Of a DNA stretch of 64,000 nt, positions 47,471 to 56,823 are shown piece after piece. This stretch comes from Patescibacteria group bacterium (lineage in GTDB: Bacteria > Patescibacteriota > Microgenomatia > UBA1400 > PJMF01). Position 1 is the stretch's first letter; each line of letters opens with the position of its first letter. The stretch spans positions 197,134 through 261,133 of the forward strand of contig JAZQJV010000018.1 in the NCBI GenBank assembly GCA_045541795.1, written 5' to 3'. The translations under genes were made by a program, and so were the position numbers. A model generated the notes under the pieces. It made no database searches. It was not told where the DNA came from and saw only the letters and a program-made list of their open reading frames with translations.

Positions 47471-47830
47471 ATGAATACTTTTGATTTAGAGCTGCGCGTG
47501 GGAGGACATGAATACCTCGCTCGTTTTGAGGATAATCCCGCCAGCCGCAAGCTCAAAAGCGGCGTGCCTTGGAAGCTCGAAATGGCTGACCTCGACCGAC
47601 TCGAAAAATACTGCTATCTGGAAGACGTGACGTTTCCCACTGATGCTCGCCGCCCAGACATAATTAAGGCCGGCCAGCTCTACCTTTTTGAGGAAAACTG
47701 CTTGGTGCTTTTCCTGGAAGACTGCCGCAGCACCTATCGCTACACTTATCTCGGGGAAATTATTGATCCGGTCAAACTCAAAGATTATGCCGGCACCAGT
47801 CAGTGTATCGTCGAAATCCGCAAGCGCTAA
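47471..47830 (+). CDS. Hypothetical protein (119 aa)
   Basis: Intact ORF 9 nt downstream of a strong promoter; no recognised motif. Confidence 0.4.
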   Translation: MNTFDLELRVGGHEYLARFEDNPASRKLKSGVPWKLEMADLDRLEKYCYLEDVTFPTDARRPDIIKAGQLYLFEENCLVLFLEDCRSTYRYTYLGEIIDPVKLKDYAGTSQCIVEIRKR

Positions 47831-47851
47831 ATCAGTGCGCCCGGTCACAGA

Positions 47852-48658
47852 TCAAGACTGCTGCTTACCGGATGCATTAGGCTTTACAGCTGGATTTGGC
47901 CCAGTAACTGGTTTTTCATGCTGTTTTTTATCGAGGCGTACGGCCTGGCGCACCTGGAGAGCAAGTTTTGTCAGGCCAGAAGCGACAATCAGCTGATTTT
48001 GCGTAAACCGGCTCTGTTTTTGCAACTCATCTAGCTGTGGGATTAATTCATCTTCCACGAAATCTATTAATGGCTGATTGAGATCTACCGGATGCCCAGC
48101 CAAGATATTTTCCTGTTGCTGTTCGGCATAGACATTATAATATGCCACTTTTATTTCTTCTTCATGAGTTCGCTGGCGCTGGGCGATCAGATCAGTGTAG
48201 AGCTTTTGGAAAGCAATCGCCACGGGGCTAAAAACCACCAGAGACAACAGTGGGGAGTAATGAATCGGCCCAAAATCTGGTGTGGTCAGGTAAAAAAGTA
48301 CAAGCGTAGACAAAAATGATACGGCCGTGGGCAAGAGCGGACACACAAAAATCAGCAGTAAAAAATAAATCAGATACAGCGACACCAGCCAGCTACCATA
48401 GCCGCCGGTAGTACAAATCACCAAGGACAGCGCAAAACCAATCAAGGCCACCTCGATGGCTGAGTAAATATTTGTCCGGTCCTTATCAAAATGTAGCTCA
48501 ATTTGGTGATGGCGCACGTACATATTGACCAAGAAAAAAGCCGCCACACTCACCCCCAAAAACTGGAAAGTGTAGTTGCTTAGACTCGGCATCAGCGACA
48601 CCAGCCCACAAGCAAGGACAGAAAAAACGACGAGAGCAGTTTGGACAAATAAAATCAT
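47852..48658 (-). CDS. Hypothetical 7-TM membrane protein with C-terminal cytoplasmic tail
   Basis: Stop lies 4 bp from the DUF4012 gene on the same strand (operon). Confidence 0.45.
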   Translation of the reverse strand: MILFVQTALVVFSVLACGLVSLMPSLSNYTFQFLGVSVAAFFLVNMYVRHHQIELHFDKDRTNIYSAIEVALIGFALSLVICTTGGYGSWLVSLYLIYFLLLIFVCPLLPTAVSFLSTLVLFYLTTPDFGPIHYSPLLSLVVFSPVAIAFQKLYTDLIAQRQRTHEEEIKVAYYNVYAEQQQENILAGHPVDLNQPLIDFVEDELIPQLDELQKQSRFTQNQLIVASGLTKLALQVRQAVRLDKKQHEKPVTGPNPAVKPNASGKQQS

Positions 48659-48661
48659 AGC

Positions 48662-50698
48662 CTAAAACTTTGCTGTGTAATTTACATCACCCGTGACTAC
48701 AATCTCTTCTTGATTGTCATTGACATCAATCAAGTGGGGCACCTCACGCAAGCCACCCTGCTGCCAGATCTGCAAACGGTAATTTTCGCTGTCCTCATAA
48801 GGCACGGTGTACTCCAAGTCAAGCTTGGTGGTGCTCTTAGGATTGAGTGAAAAATAGCCATCAATCACCGTGAAGCCATTCTCATCATAAGTCTCGGCCT
48901 CACCCTTAAAGCCTTTGGCGCTGATCAGCTTACTGCCCTCAGGCAAATACAGCCGGAACCAATCATTATTGACAGAATTGAGACACAGCAAACCCGCCTC
49001 CAAATTACAGTTATCGCCGGCTTGCGAATTGGTATAAGTAATGACCACGCGCTTGGTGAGTTCACCATTTTCTGGCGGCAACACGGTCTGCTCGACCTCA
49101 TAATCAATAAACAGATTTGACTTCGCCCCACCGAGGTTGGCATCCACAATTGCCATGAAATCAGAACCGTCCGTCGGTGGCGTCATCCGGCCAGCCAGGT
49201 TGATCATTTCCGCTGAGTTTTGTAGCTCGTCATCAATAAAGTAGGTCTGGATATGACGGCCGTCCATCAGCGCAATTAGCGTTGAGAATAGATCAGGGAA
49301 CTTATCCTTGCTAGCACCGTAGACCTTTTCCAGCATCGCCTTCATCATCGGGCCCAAAATTCCTTTACGATCTTCGCGGATATAAGGAGTGGGCCGAGTA
49401 ATGATCTCAGACAAAGCCACGATAATCTGCGGGGCATTATATTTGGCGTCCGGCTCCGTCGAAAATTCGCCATAACCTTCTACCTGGATCGGCCCTAAAA
49501 TATCAATCAACTGGGTCAGCACAAAAGTATCAATAGTAATGATCCCGTTAATATCCTGCGGCTCAGAATCAATAGTGGCGTAATACTCCATAAATGTATC
49601 CATCGACCGCTTAAAATCCGGATCAATATTCATGTCACGCAGATGCCAGTACTTTTCGGTGGTCAAATATTTACCCAATTTTTCCGGAATCTTGATCTTC
49701 TTGGCAAATTTCTTATCCAGCTCATAAATGTCATCAGACTTTTCTGGCACCACCTTACCATCTTCCACAAAGATAATCGCATAGGCCGTCAAAAAGCCAC
49801 CAGTTGGCCGCAGTTCATTATTATTCTGGAAAATCACTAGGTACTTCATCCGTTCGCCCGTACCACCGGCCATTTCCGGGATCTTATCCAGGATGGGACG
49901 GTATTCTTTGGCAGTGGCAATGGCGCCAGCCAGTTGTTTCTTGCCATCCACCAACTGACTGCGAAGCGGCATGCCTGCCAACTCACTGTGGCCGGTATTA
50001 TTGAGTACTAGACTTGCCCACGGCAATTCACCGACTTTTTCCGGATACTTTTGCAAGTCAATTTCATCCAATCGCGCCGCGATTGAGTCAAGACCAGTGA
50101 TCACTTCATCCAGTTGAGGGCCAATAATTTGCAATGTATCCAGCAAACGCTTGACGCGGTCTTCAGTTGTATCGTCACCGTCCTCACCTTCCTCCTTGGT
50201 AAAGCCCAACATTTCCGCCGCCGGCTCCACAATCTCAATGATGTGATCTGCTAAATCAATTCCTTCGTCGCCGGCTTGCAATAAGACCAGACCGTCCTCA
50301 TAATACCTGCCGTAGCCAGTAAAATTCATCAGCGGCCGCAAATCCTCATAGCGCCTCTTGGTATACTCGTAACTCGTCTTGGTATCCGCTAAAAGCGTCC
50401 GCGTGCCCTCCAGGTCTTGAGCTTTAAAGGCATCATAAGCCATCTGGGCGCGCACGTAAGTGTCAGTAGCCTGACGACGGAATTTATCCACGCTATCTTT
50501 AAGTGATAATACCACTGTTAAGATGATGGCCAGCGCAAAAATCACCACTGCCAGCAAGCCGACGATTATCCAGCCCCACCAAGGCAAAGAAAAAAAACCG
50601 CCCGACTTTTTTTTAGCCGATCCTAAGTTACTTTTACTAGCACCAAAAGATAACTTTTCCATGAATATATTGTACCACAAATTTCCCAAAGTTGTCAC
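48662..50698 (-). CDS. DUF4012-domain protein (membrane-anchored, large extracytoplasmic domain)
   Basis: N-terminal TM. Conserved VIFQNNNELRPTGGFLTAYAII block typical of DUF4012. Confidence 0.6.
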   Translation of the reverse strand: MTTLGNLWYNIFMEKLSFGASKSNLGSAKKKSGGFFSLPWWGWIIVGLLAVVIFALAIILTVVLSLKDSVDKFRRQATDTYVRAQMAYDAFKAQDLEGTRTLLADTKTSYEYTKRRYEDLRPLMNFTGYGRYYEDGLVLLQAGDEGIDLADHIIEIVEPAAEMLGFTKEEGEDGDDTTEDRVKRLLDTLQIIGPQLDEVITGLDSIAARLDEIDLQKYPEKVGELPWASLVLNNTGHSELAGMPLRSQLVDGKKQLAGAIATAKEYRPILDKIPEMAGGTGERMKYLVIFQNNNELRPTGGFLTAYAIIFVEDGKVVPEKSDDIYELDKKFAKKIKIPEKLGKYLTTEKYWHLRDMNIDPDFKRSMDTFMEYYATIDSEPQDINGIITIDTFVLTQLIDILGPIQVEGYGEFSTEPDAKYNAPQIIVALSEIITRPTPYIREDRKGILGPMMKAMLEKVYGASKDKFPDLFSTLIALMDGRHIQTYFIDDELQNSAEMINLAGRMTPPTDGSDFMAIVDANLGGAKSNLFIDYEVEQTVLPPENGELTKRVVITYTNSQAGDNCNLEAGLLCLNSVNNDWFRLYLPEGSKLISAKGFKGEAETYDENGFTVIDGYFSLNPKSTTKLDLEYTVPYEDSENYRLQIWQQGGLREVPHLIDVNDNQEEIVVTGDVNYTAKF

Positions 50699-50703
50699 GC
50701 AAT

Positions 50704-51900
50704 TTACAGATCCTCGCTGATCACATTGGTCAGTGCTGGTCTTTTTGGCGGCACGAAGGTCTTTTTTGCAGCCGGACTGTGTGGATCAATTTTGGCTTGA
50801 TGGCTCCGGCGTGCGGTCAAGATCAGTTCATAAATCTTGACGGGAGCGTCCTGGGCTCGCTCAAGAGCGGCGAGCTTAGCGGCTAGCTCATCTTGCCGCA
50901 ATTCCAGCTCCCGGATCAAACTTAAAAGCTCGAGGGGGCTCAAGGTTTTCTGGCTACGGCACAAAGCTGCGCCAATATCAGCAATGCTCAAGGCATTCCT
51001 TTCCTGCTCACGGTAATTTGCTTGCGGCAGCGGGATAAATAAGGTAGGAATTTGAAATGCAGTGAGTTCTGCCACCGTATTGGCGCCAGCACGAGACACC
51101 GCAAAATTAATCCGCGGATAAAAATAAGCCAATTCCTCTTCACTCAAAAATTCTCGACAATAATAATTGTGCGTGACGATGTGATGTCCCTCCAAAAAGC
51201 TCTCCATCTTGCCTTGAGGATCATTGGTGCTGCTGGCACGCCCTACCTGATGAATAATAATGTAATCAGGATCAAGCTGCTCAATAATAGGCGCAAGAAG
51301 ATCATTAATCGGCTGAGCGCCTTGAGAACCTCCGGCCACGTACAGGATCGGCTTGGCCTGAGCCGGGGTAAACCAATCTGGGCGGGAAGCAGTTTCATCC
51401 CACAACTCAGATCGCAGCGGATTGCCAGTCAGCGTGGTTTTTTGAATATAAAAAGGGACTTTGGTGCGCGGCAGCGACACTGCAGTGTGATCTGCCAAAA
51501 GACCGATCAACCGGTTAGCACGACCCAGCACACAAGTCTGCTCGTGAGTAATGAGAGTAAGGTTTCTTTTTTTGGCCGCCAGCGCAAACGGTACTCCCAA
51601 GTACCCGCCAAAACTCAGTACCGTGTCTACGCCACGTGTATCAATAATTTGGCCAGCCGTCTCCACGGTGGCGTGGAAGGTGAACGGATTAAAGCTCCCA
51701 GTTTTTTGCCCATCAAAAGGAATAAATTCAATACCAAGTTCCTCCATCTTTGCTCGCTCCCACGACTTCTGGCCTGTGGCAACTTGCGCATATTCACGCC
51801 CCACGTAAATAACTTCCTCCTCGGGGTGATGCTTCGATAGCCAGCTGATAAAAGCTTGGGCTGGCGTCAAGTGTCCGCCGGTAATTAAAATTTTAGACAT
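50704..51900 (-). CDS. murG: UDP-N-acetylglucosamine--N-acetylmuramyl-(pentapeptide) pyrophosphoryl-undecaprenol GlcNAc transferase with C-terminal coiled-coil extension
   Basis: ITGGHLTPA N-terminus and YVAGGSQGAQPIN G-loop. About 80 extra C-terminal residues with a coiled-coil character. Confidence 0.85.
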   Translation of the reverse strand: MSKILITGGHLTPAQAFISWLSKHHPEEEVIYVGREYAQVATGQKSWERAKMEELGIEFIPFDGQKTGSFNPFTFHATVETAGQIIDTRGVDTVLSFGGYLGVPFALAAKKRNLTLITHEQTCVLGRANRLIGLLADHTAVSLPRTKVPFYIQKTTLTGNPLRSELWDETASRPDWFTPAQAKPILYVAGGSQGAQPINDLLAPIIEQLDPDYIIIHQVGRASSTNDPQGKMESFLEGHHIVTHNYYCREFLSEEELAYFYPRINFAVSRAGANTVAELTAFQIPTLFIPLPQANYREQERNALSIADIGAALCRSQKTLSPLELLSLIRELELRQDELAAKLAALERAQDAPVKIYELILTARRSHQAKIDPHSPAAKKTFVPPKRPALTNVISEDL

Positions 51901-53029
51901 ATTTCCTCCTTGTGTACATAGTTTGCTTGTCGTCACTTGACAACTGGCTAAAATTTGCCACTACTCCGGTCAAAAGTAAGGTCGCCATCAGTGAAGAACC
52001 GCCATAAGATAAAAACGGCAATGTGATCCCAGTCAGCGGCGTGACGCCAGAAATTGCTGCCAAATTTACAAAAATTTGTGACACTAAACTCACAAAAATC
52101 CCGTAAACAATCAGCTGCTGCTCACGTGACAGCGCGCCAGCACTCCCGATCCACACGATCGTGCCCAAAAAACACATATAAATGAAAAAAACTACCAGCA
52201 CACCCATAAATCCCACCTCCTCGCTCAAAATCGCAAAAATGGAATCGGTGTGGACTTCTGGTAAATAGCGAAATTTCTGACGTGACTGACCAATACCTTG
52301 GCCAAAAAGCCGCCCACGGCCGATCGCGTACTGAAGCTGTTTGACGTGATAATCATCTATATTTTCCGCACTGACATTATCCTGCATACCAGACATATAC
52401 ACGCCGATCCGCTCGCGTCTGTAAGGACTCGCAAAAATTAATATCAGCCCCGCCGTCAAGCACAAGAGCACCACCTTAGACACTTGCCAGAGGCTCGCGC
52501 CCGCCAAAAAATAACTCATTAAAGCTGGCGCCGCAATAATCATCAACGATCCAAAATCTTTTTGCGCCAAAAGTAGTGCCGCCGGGGGTAAAAGCCAGCC
52601 CAAAAAGATCCTTTCGTCATGAGTTTGCAGCGTCAGGTGAGCGAAAAAAATGATAAACGCGAGCTTGGCGAACTCACTAGTTTGTACCGATATACCGGCA
52701 ATTTCTATCCAGCGTTGGGCGCCGTGACTCGCATCGCCCCAAAATAAAGGTAAAGCGAGTAGCACCAGCCCGCCAAAATACACTAGCCGCGGCCAGTGCG
52801 TGTACCAATCAGACGGTACCACAAAACCAGCAATACCAGCCAAAATCAGCCCGCCAGCCATCATCAGGAGTTGATGCTTCACCACAAAATAAGGATCATC
52901 GCTAAAAAGTCTCTCCAGAGAAGTCGTCGCCGAGACATCAAAAATCAACAGTACGCCCAAAGCTAAAAGGATCACCGTCAAAAGTAATAATAAACGCGTT
53001 TTCGGCTTCAACATACCGTATTTTACCAC
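51893..53029 (-). CDS. ftsW: SEDS-family peptidoglycan glycosyltransferase FtsW/RodA
   Basis: Ten-TM SEDS topology with conserved loop motifs. Sits between mraY and murG. Confidence 0.8.
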   Translation of the reverse strand: MVKYGMLKPKTRLLLLLTVILLALGVLLIFDVSATTSLERLFSDDPYFVVKHQLLMMAGGLILAGIAGFVVPSDWYTHWPRLVYFGGLVLLALPLFWGDASHGAQRWIEIAGISVQTSEFAKLAFIIFFAHLTLQTHDERIFLGWLLPPAALLLAQKDFGSLMIIAAPALMSYFLAGASLWQVSKVVLLCLTAGLILIFASPYRRERIGVYMSGMQDNVSAENIDDYHVKQLQYAIGRGRLFGQGIGQSRQKFRYLPEVHTDSIFAILSEEVGFMGVLVVFFIYMCFLGTIVWIGSAGALSREQQLIVYGIFVSLVSQIFVNLAAISGVTPLTGITLPFLSYGGSSLMATLLLTGVVANFSQLSSDDKQTMYTRRKYV

Positions 53030-53086
53030 GTTTTTGCCGCTTTATGCTAGTCAGTTTACCGGTATTTATACTGTGGCCAAGCTGCA

Positions 53087-54136
53087 CTAAATTAAAGTCA
53101 CCCAGATACCAAAAAGCGTGAGTACAATTTGCAGCAGCCAAAAACGCTGTACAATTTTTGGCTCCGACCAGCCGATTTTTTGAAACAGCAAATGCAGCGG
53201 CGCCACCGGGAAAAATTTTCGTTTGAGGAAGCGCTTAGACAAAAGCTGTACCAACGACGTAAAAATCTCCACTACAAAAATCCCGCCAATTACTACCAGC
53301 GCCGTCGGCTTGCCGATCAGCAGTCCCATCACGGCAAAAATAGCGCCAAAAGATAATGCGCCCACATCACCCAAAAAAATCCGTGCCGGATACACATTAA
53401 AGTACACAAATGTGATCAAACTGCCGATAAAAAGCGTAATAAAAAGCGACAGCGGCCCGTCAAGCTTGGTGGTAGACAGTGAAGAGATCAGCCATAGTCC
53501 AAAAAGGGAAATCAGCATAATTCCCCCGGCCAGCCCGTCAAGGCCATCGGTAATATTCACGGCATTGGTAAAGGCCACGATCACAAACGCGGCAAACGGC
53601 ACATACAGCCAGCCCAGATACAGCTGTCCGATAAAAGGAATATTGACAAAATTTATCCCTAGCGAAAAGTACAGCGTACAGGCGATAATCAAGGCCAAAA
53701 GGATCTGGATCGTGAGTTTTTGCGGCATGCGCATCCCAAAAAAACCAGTCTTTTGGAAGCCAAAAAACTTCTTGACGTCATCATAAAGTCCCAGCGCGCC
53801 AAAAGACAAAAACGTAAAAATCAGCACCCCAATTTCTGCCGATTTATTAGTGTAATTAAAAGTCATGTTTAAATTGAGCACATCAATTAAAAGCATCGCC
53901 AAAAGCATCAGGATGCTCACTACCAAAATCACCAAAATCCCTCCGCCTACCGGCGTCCCGGCTTTTTTGGCATGAAATTTATCAAAAATCGGCGTCGGCC
54001 GGCCAAAAGGATCAATGGTTTTTTGTCGGGCTCTTTTAAAATTTAACTTGTAAAGCAAATCAATAAACGGCACGATCAGTACCATCGAAATCGACAAGCT
54101 CAAAAACAAAAAACCAAAATACAAAGCATTCGTCAT
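53087..54136 (-). CDS. mraY: Phospho-N-acetylmuramoyl-pentapeptide transferase
   Basis: NAVNITDGLDGLAGG and other MraY signature motifs. Confidence 0.9.
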   Translation of the reverse strand: MTNALYFGFLFLSLSISMVLIVPFIDLLYKLNFKRARQKTIDPFGRPTPIFDKFHAKKAGTPVGGGILVILVVSILMLLAMLLIDVLNLNMTFNYTNKSAEIGVLIFTFLSFGALGLYDDVKKFFGFQKTGFFGMRMPQKLTIQILLALIIACTLYFSLGINFVNIPFIGQLYLGWLYVPFAAFVIVAFTNAVNITDGLDGLAGGIMLISLFGLWLISSLSTTKLDGPLSLFITLFIGSLITFVYFNVYPARIFLGDVGALSFGAIFAVMGLLIGKPTALVVIGGIFVVEIFTSLVQLLSKRFLKRKFFPVAPLHLLFQKIGWSEPKIVQRFWLLQIVLTLFGIWVTLI

Positions 54137-54137
54137 A

Positions 54138-55469
54138 TTACTCCTGCACCCTCTCGATCGTCCCGCCCAAAGCTGCTAATTTCGCATCCAAGCGCTCATA
54201 ACCTCGGTCAATCTGCTCAATATTGGTGAGAGTCAACTGTCCGTTACCAGCCAAGCCAGCCAACATTAGTGTCGCCCCGGCACGCAGATCATGCACACTC
54301 ACTTCTAGCTTGCCGCCAAGCTGAGTCCGGCCTCTAATCCGTAAAGCGTGGCAGGCGTCGGGCCGATCATCACTCAAATTAAAGTTATACGTCCGCTCCC
54401 GGTTAGCTACTTCCGGCTGGAAAATTTCCAGATCCGCTCCCATTGCTCGAAGCGCCTCCACGTACTGGAAACGCTGCTGCATCACCGTCTCATGGATTAC
54501 ACTCACGCCCTCGCACTGGGTCAAAAGCATCGCCATCAGGGGCTGCCAATCGGTCATAAAGCCCGGATGAATACCAGTAGTAATATCAGTGGCACGCAGA
54601 CGGTCATAATAAAAGAAGCGCACGCCAAACTCGCCCACTTCATAACCAGCTCCAATTTCGGCCAGCTTCGCCAAAAAAGCCGTCAAATCCGCAGCCCGGG
54701 CGTTTTCTACGATCACGTCCCCCCGTGTCGCCAGTGCCGCGCAGGCATAAGAAATCGTCTCATTGCGATCCGGCATGATTTTATAAATCGTCCCGTAAAG
54801 CTCCCGCACCCCGTGGATCTGATAAGTGCGCGGCCGGATGAGGCGGATCTGTGCCCCGCAACTATTGAGAAAATGTACCAAGTCCAAAACCTCTGGTTCT
54901 ACGGCCGCATTTTCCAAGATCGTCGTCCCGGAGGCGACTGCCGCCGCCATCAGTAAGGTTTCCGTGCCGGTATGTGAGTTTTTGGCAAAACGGTAATTAC
55001 CGCCTACAAAATGTCCCGCCGGCAAACTAGCCTCTACCAAGCCGTGGGCGACTTCCAGTTTTACTCCCAACTGCTCCAAGCCCAAAAAATGCCTTTCAAG
55101 CGGTCTTTTACCAATCTTATCGCCTCCAGGAAGCGGCACGCGCGCTCGGCCAAACTTGCTCAAAAGCACCGGTAAAAATGCCACGCTCGAGCGCGAAAAC
55201 TCACCTTTGCTTTCGTCAATTTCGGCCACATTCAAACCCGCTGGATCAATCCAGAGCATTCGCTCACCACGATTTTCCACCCGCGCGCTCAAACTTTTGA
55301 TCAGCTCGGCCACAAAAGACACGTCAGCGATATGCGGGAGATTGAGTAGAGTGGAGGGGCTGCGCGCCAAAAGTGACGCAATCATGATTTTCCAGGATGA
55401 ATTTTTTGCTCCGCCCACCCGCACGCTGCCGCGAAGAGGTGTACCGCCAGTAATGACCAATTTTTCCAT
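54138..55469 (-). CDS. murA: UDP-N-acetylglucosamine 1-carboxyvinyltransferase
   Basis: MEKLVITGGTPLRGSVRVGGAKNS N-terminus and full-length EPSP-like fold. Confidence 0.9.
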   Translation of the reverse strand: MEKLVITGGTPLRGSVRVGGAKNSSWKIMIASLLARSPSTLLNLPHIADVSFVAELIKSLSARVENRGERMLWIDPAGLNVAEIDESKGEFSRSSVAFLPVLLSKFGRARVPLPGGDKIGKRPLERHFLGLEQLGVKLEVAHGLVEASLPAGHFVGGNYRFAKNSHTGTETLLMAAAVASGTTILENAAVEPEVLDLVHFLNSCGAQIRLIRPRTYQIHGVRELYGTIYKIMPDRNETISYACAALATRGDVIVENARAADLTAFLAKLAEIGAGYEVGEFGVRFFYYDRLRATDITTGIHPGFMTDWQPLMAMLLTQCEGVSVIHETVMQQRFQYVEALRAMGADLEIFQPEVANRERTYNFNLSDDRPDACHALRIRGRTQLGGKLEVSVHDLRAGATLMLAGLAGNGQLTLTNIEQIDRGYERLDAKLAALGGTIERVQE

Positions 55470-55557
55470 ATGCTATATTATACCACAAAAAAGCCCGCCA
55501 AAAAGCGGGCCTCAATCCTTAATTACCCAATTACCAATGTCACACGCCTGTCACTGC

Positions 55558-56289
55558 TTACCAGTCCCAGGCACGAGATGTCGTGCCAGTTTTCTGATAT
55601 GTGTCTTCCGGCTCAGCTTCAGCAGGTGTCGGTTGACGATCCAGAAGGCTGTCGCGAAACTGGGTGGTAGACTGATCAGCTCGAGCGGGCGTACCAATCC
55701 TTTCGGCGCCGCCAAAAAGCACCGCTTTTTCCTCGCTCGTCACCAGATCCACGTCATCCAAGTCATCACCAGGCAGATCATCGCCGGCATGAGCGTTGGC
55801 CACCGCATCTATGACTTCCTTATAGTCAGGATGCGCACCGTCGTATTCTGCCTGACATGCCGCTTCCTGAGCCTGCACGGACATGCGGGTGATGGTAATA
55901 TGAAATCCCAGCGGCGTCACCTCTACCGGCACCACCGCAAAAAGCCTCCCCACCTCATTGAGCCTGCTCGTAAAAATAGAGCACACTGCCGTCGGTATTT
56001 CTGGCCAGACTGTCTCCAGGAACTTATCCCGGATGCTTTCCATGTCAATGATTTTACTGAGTATCTCCGGGCGAGATACCGTACCTTCCTGACCATTGAC
56101 TGCAAACGTATCTCTGCGCCGACTGACCAAAAAATCTGTCAGCCCAAACTCGCACATCTGATTGATGCAGACGTCCACGATCTGCGCCGCCGTCATTGTA
56201 GACGTCACCGGGTAAGTGCCCACTAATTCCTGTGCCTCAAGGAGTCTGCAAGCTACCTCACGCAAGTCATCTGACTTTGTCATTACCAT
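55558..56289 (-). CDS. Hypothetical acidic protein (243 aa)
   Basis: Intact ORF driven by the extended promoter at 56328-56370. Confidence 0.45.
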   Translation of the reverse strand: MVMTKSDDLREVACRLLEAQELVGTYPVTSTMTAAQIVDVCINQMCEFGLTDFLVSRRRDTFAVNGQEGTVSRPEILSKIIDMESIRDKFLETVWPEIPTAVCSIFTSRLNEVGRLFAVVPVEVTPLGFHITITRMSVQAQEAACQAEYDGAHPDYKEVIDAVANAHAGDDLPGDDLDDVDLVTSEEKAVLFGGAERIGTPARADQSTTQFRDSLLDRQPTPAEAEPEDTYQKTGTTSRAWDW

Positions 56290-56327
56290 TGTTATTTACC
56301 TCCAAAATTTTAAGGATCAAATATATT

Positions 56328-56370
56328 ATATTATATCACACTTTATTAATTTTGTCAAGAGGCAATTTTA
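56328..56370 (-). promoter_or_regulatory. Extended promoter motif (AAAATTGCCTCTTGACAAAA-N-TGTGATATAAT) on minus strand
   Basis: -35 is the reverse complement of 56353-56358 and -10 the reverse complement of 56330-56335, spacing 17. Confidence 0.6.
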
Positions 56371-56548
56371 CCTGGTAAATAGGCATAATTTCGTAATTGA
56401 TGTATTTTACAGACAATTATAAAAACTGACAAATTACCACTTTTTCGTACACCCGAGCAAGCAAAAGCCAAAATCCGTACGCACTGATACATAAAATTGG
56501 TCAAAAATTGCTGGGTAAATTTAAAATTATAACTGCTAAAATAGTGCT

Positions 56549-56779
56549 ATGACAAAAAAAATCTCCATGTGTACAACAATTACTCTCTTGGTTTTGGCCC
56601 TGGCTACGACCGCCTCCACGCACTCACTGACCCCAAAAAAATCGCTGCGCCCCGGGCAAACTCCAGTCAAAAAAACGACACTTACCAGGCACACTCGCCA
56701 CAGCCTAGAAAAGTTGGAAGTGACACCAGAGCCGGCAGTAAGCATTAGTAATGACAATTTGCGTGCCGCCAGCGAGTAA
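56549..56779 (+). CDS. Small secreted protein (76 aa) with signal peptide, hypothetical
   Basis: MTKKISMCTTITLLVLALATTAST signal-like N-terminus. Located in the 5-prime region of the giant surface-protein gene. Confidence 0.3.
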   Translation: MTKKISMCTTITLLVLALATTASTHSLTPKKSLRPGQTPVKKTTLTRHTRHSLEKLEVTPEPAVSISNDNLRAASE

Positions 56780-56823
56780 TTTGGAGTAAAAAAAAGTTTG
56801 AAGAAGATTTAAATAAAGGACAC

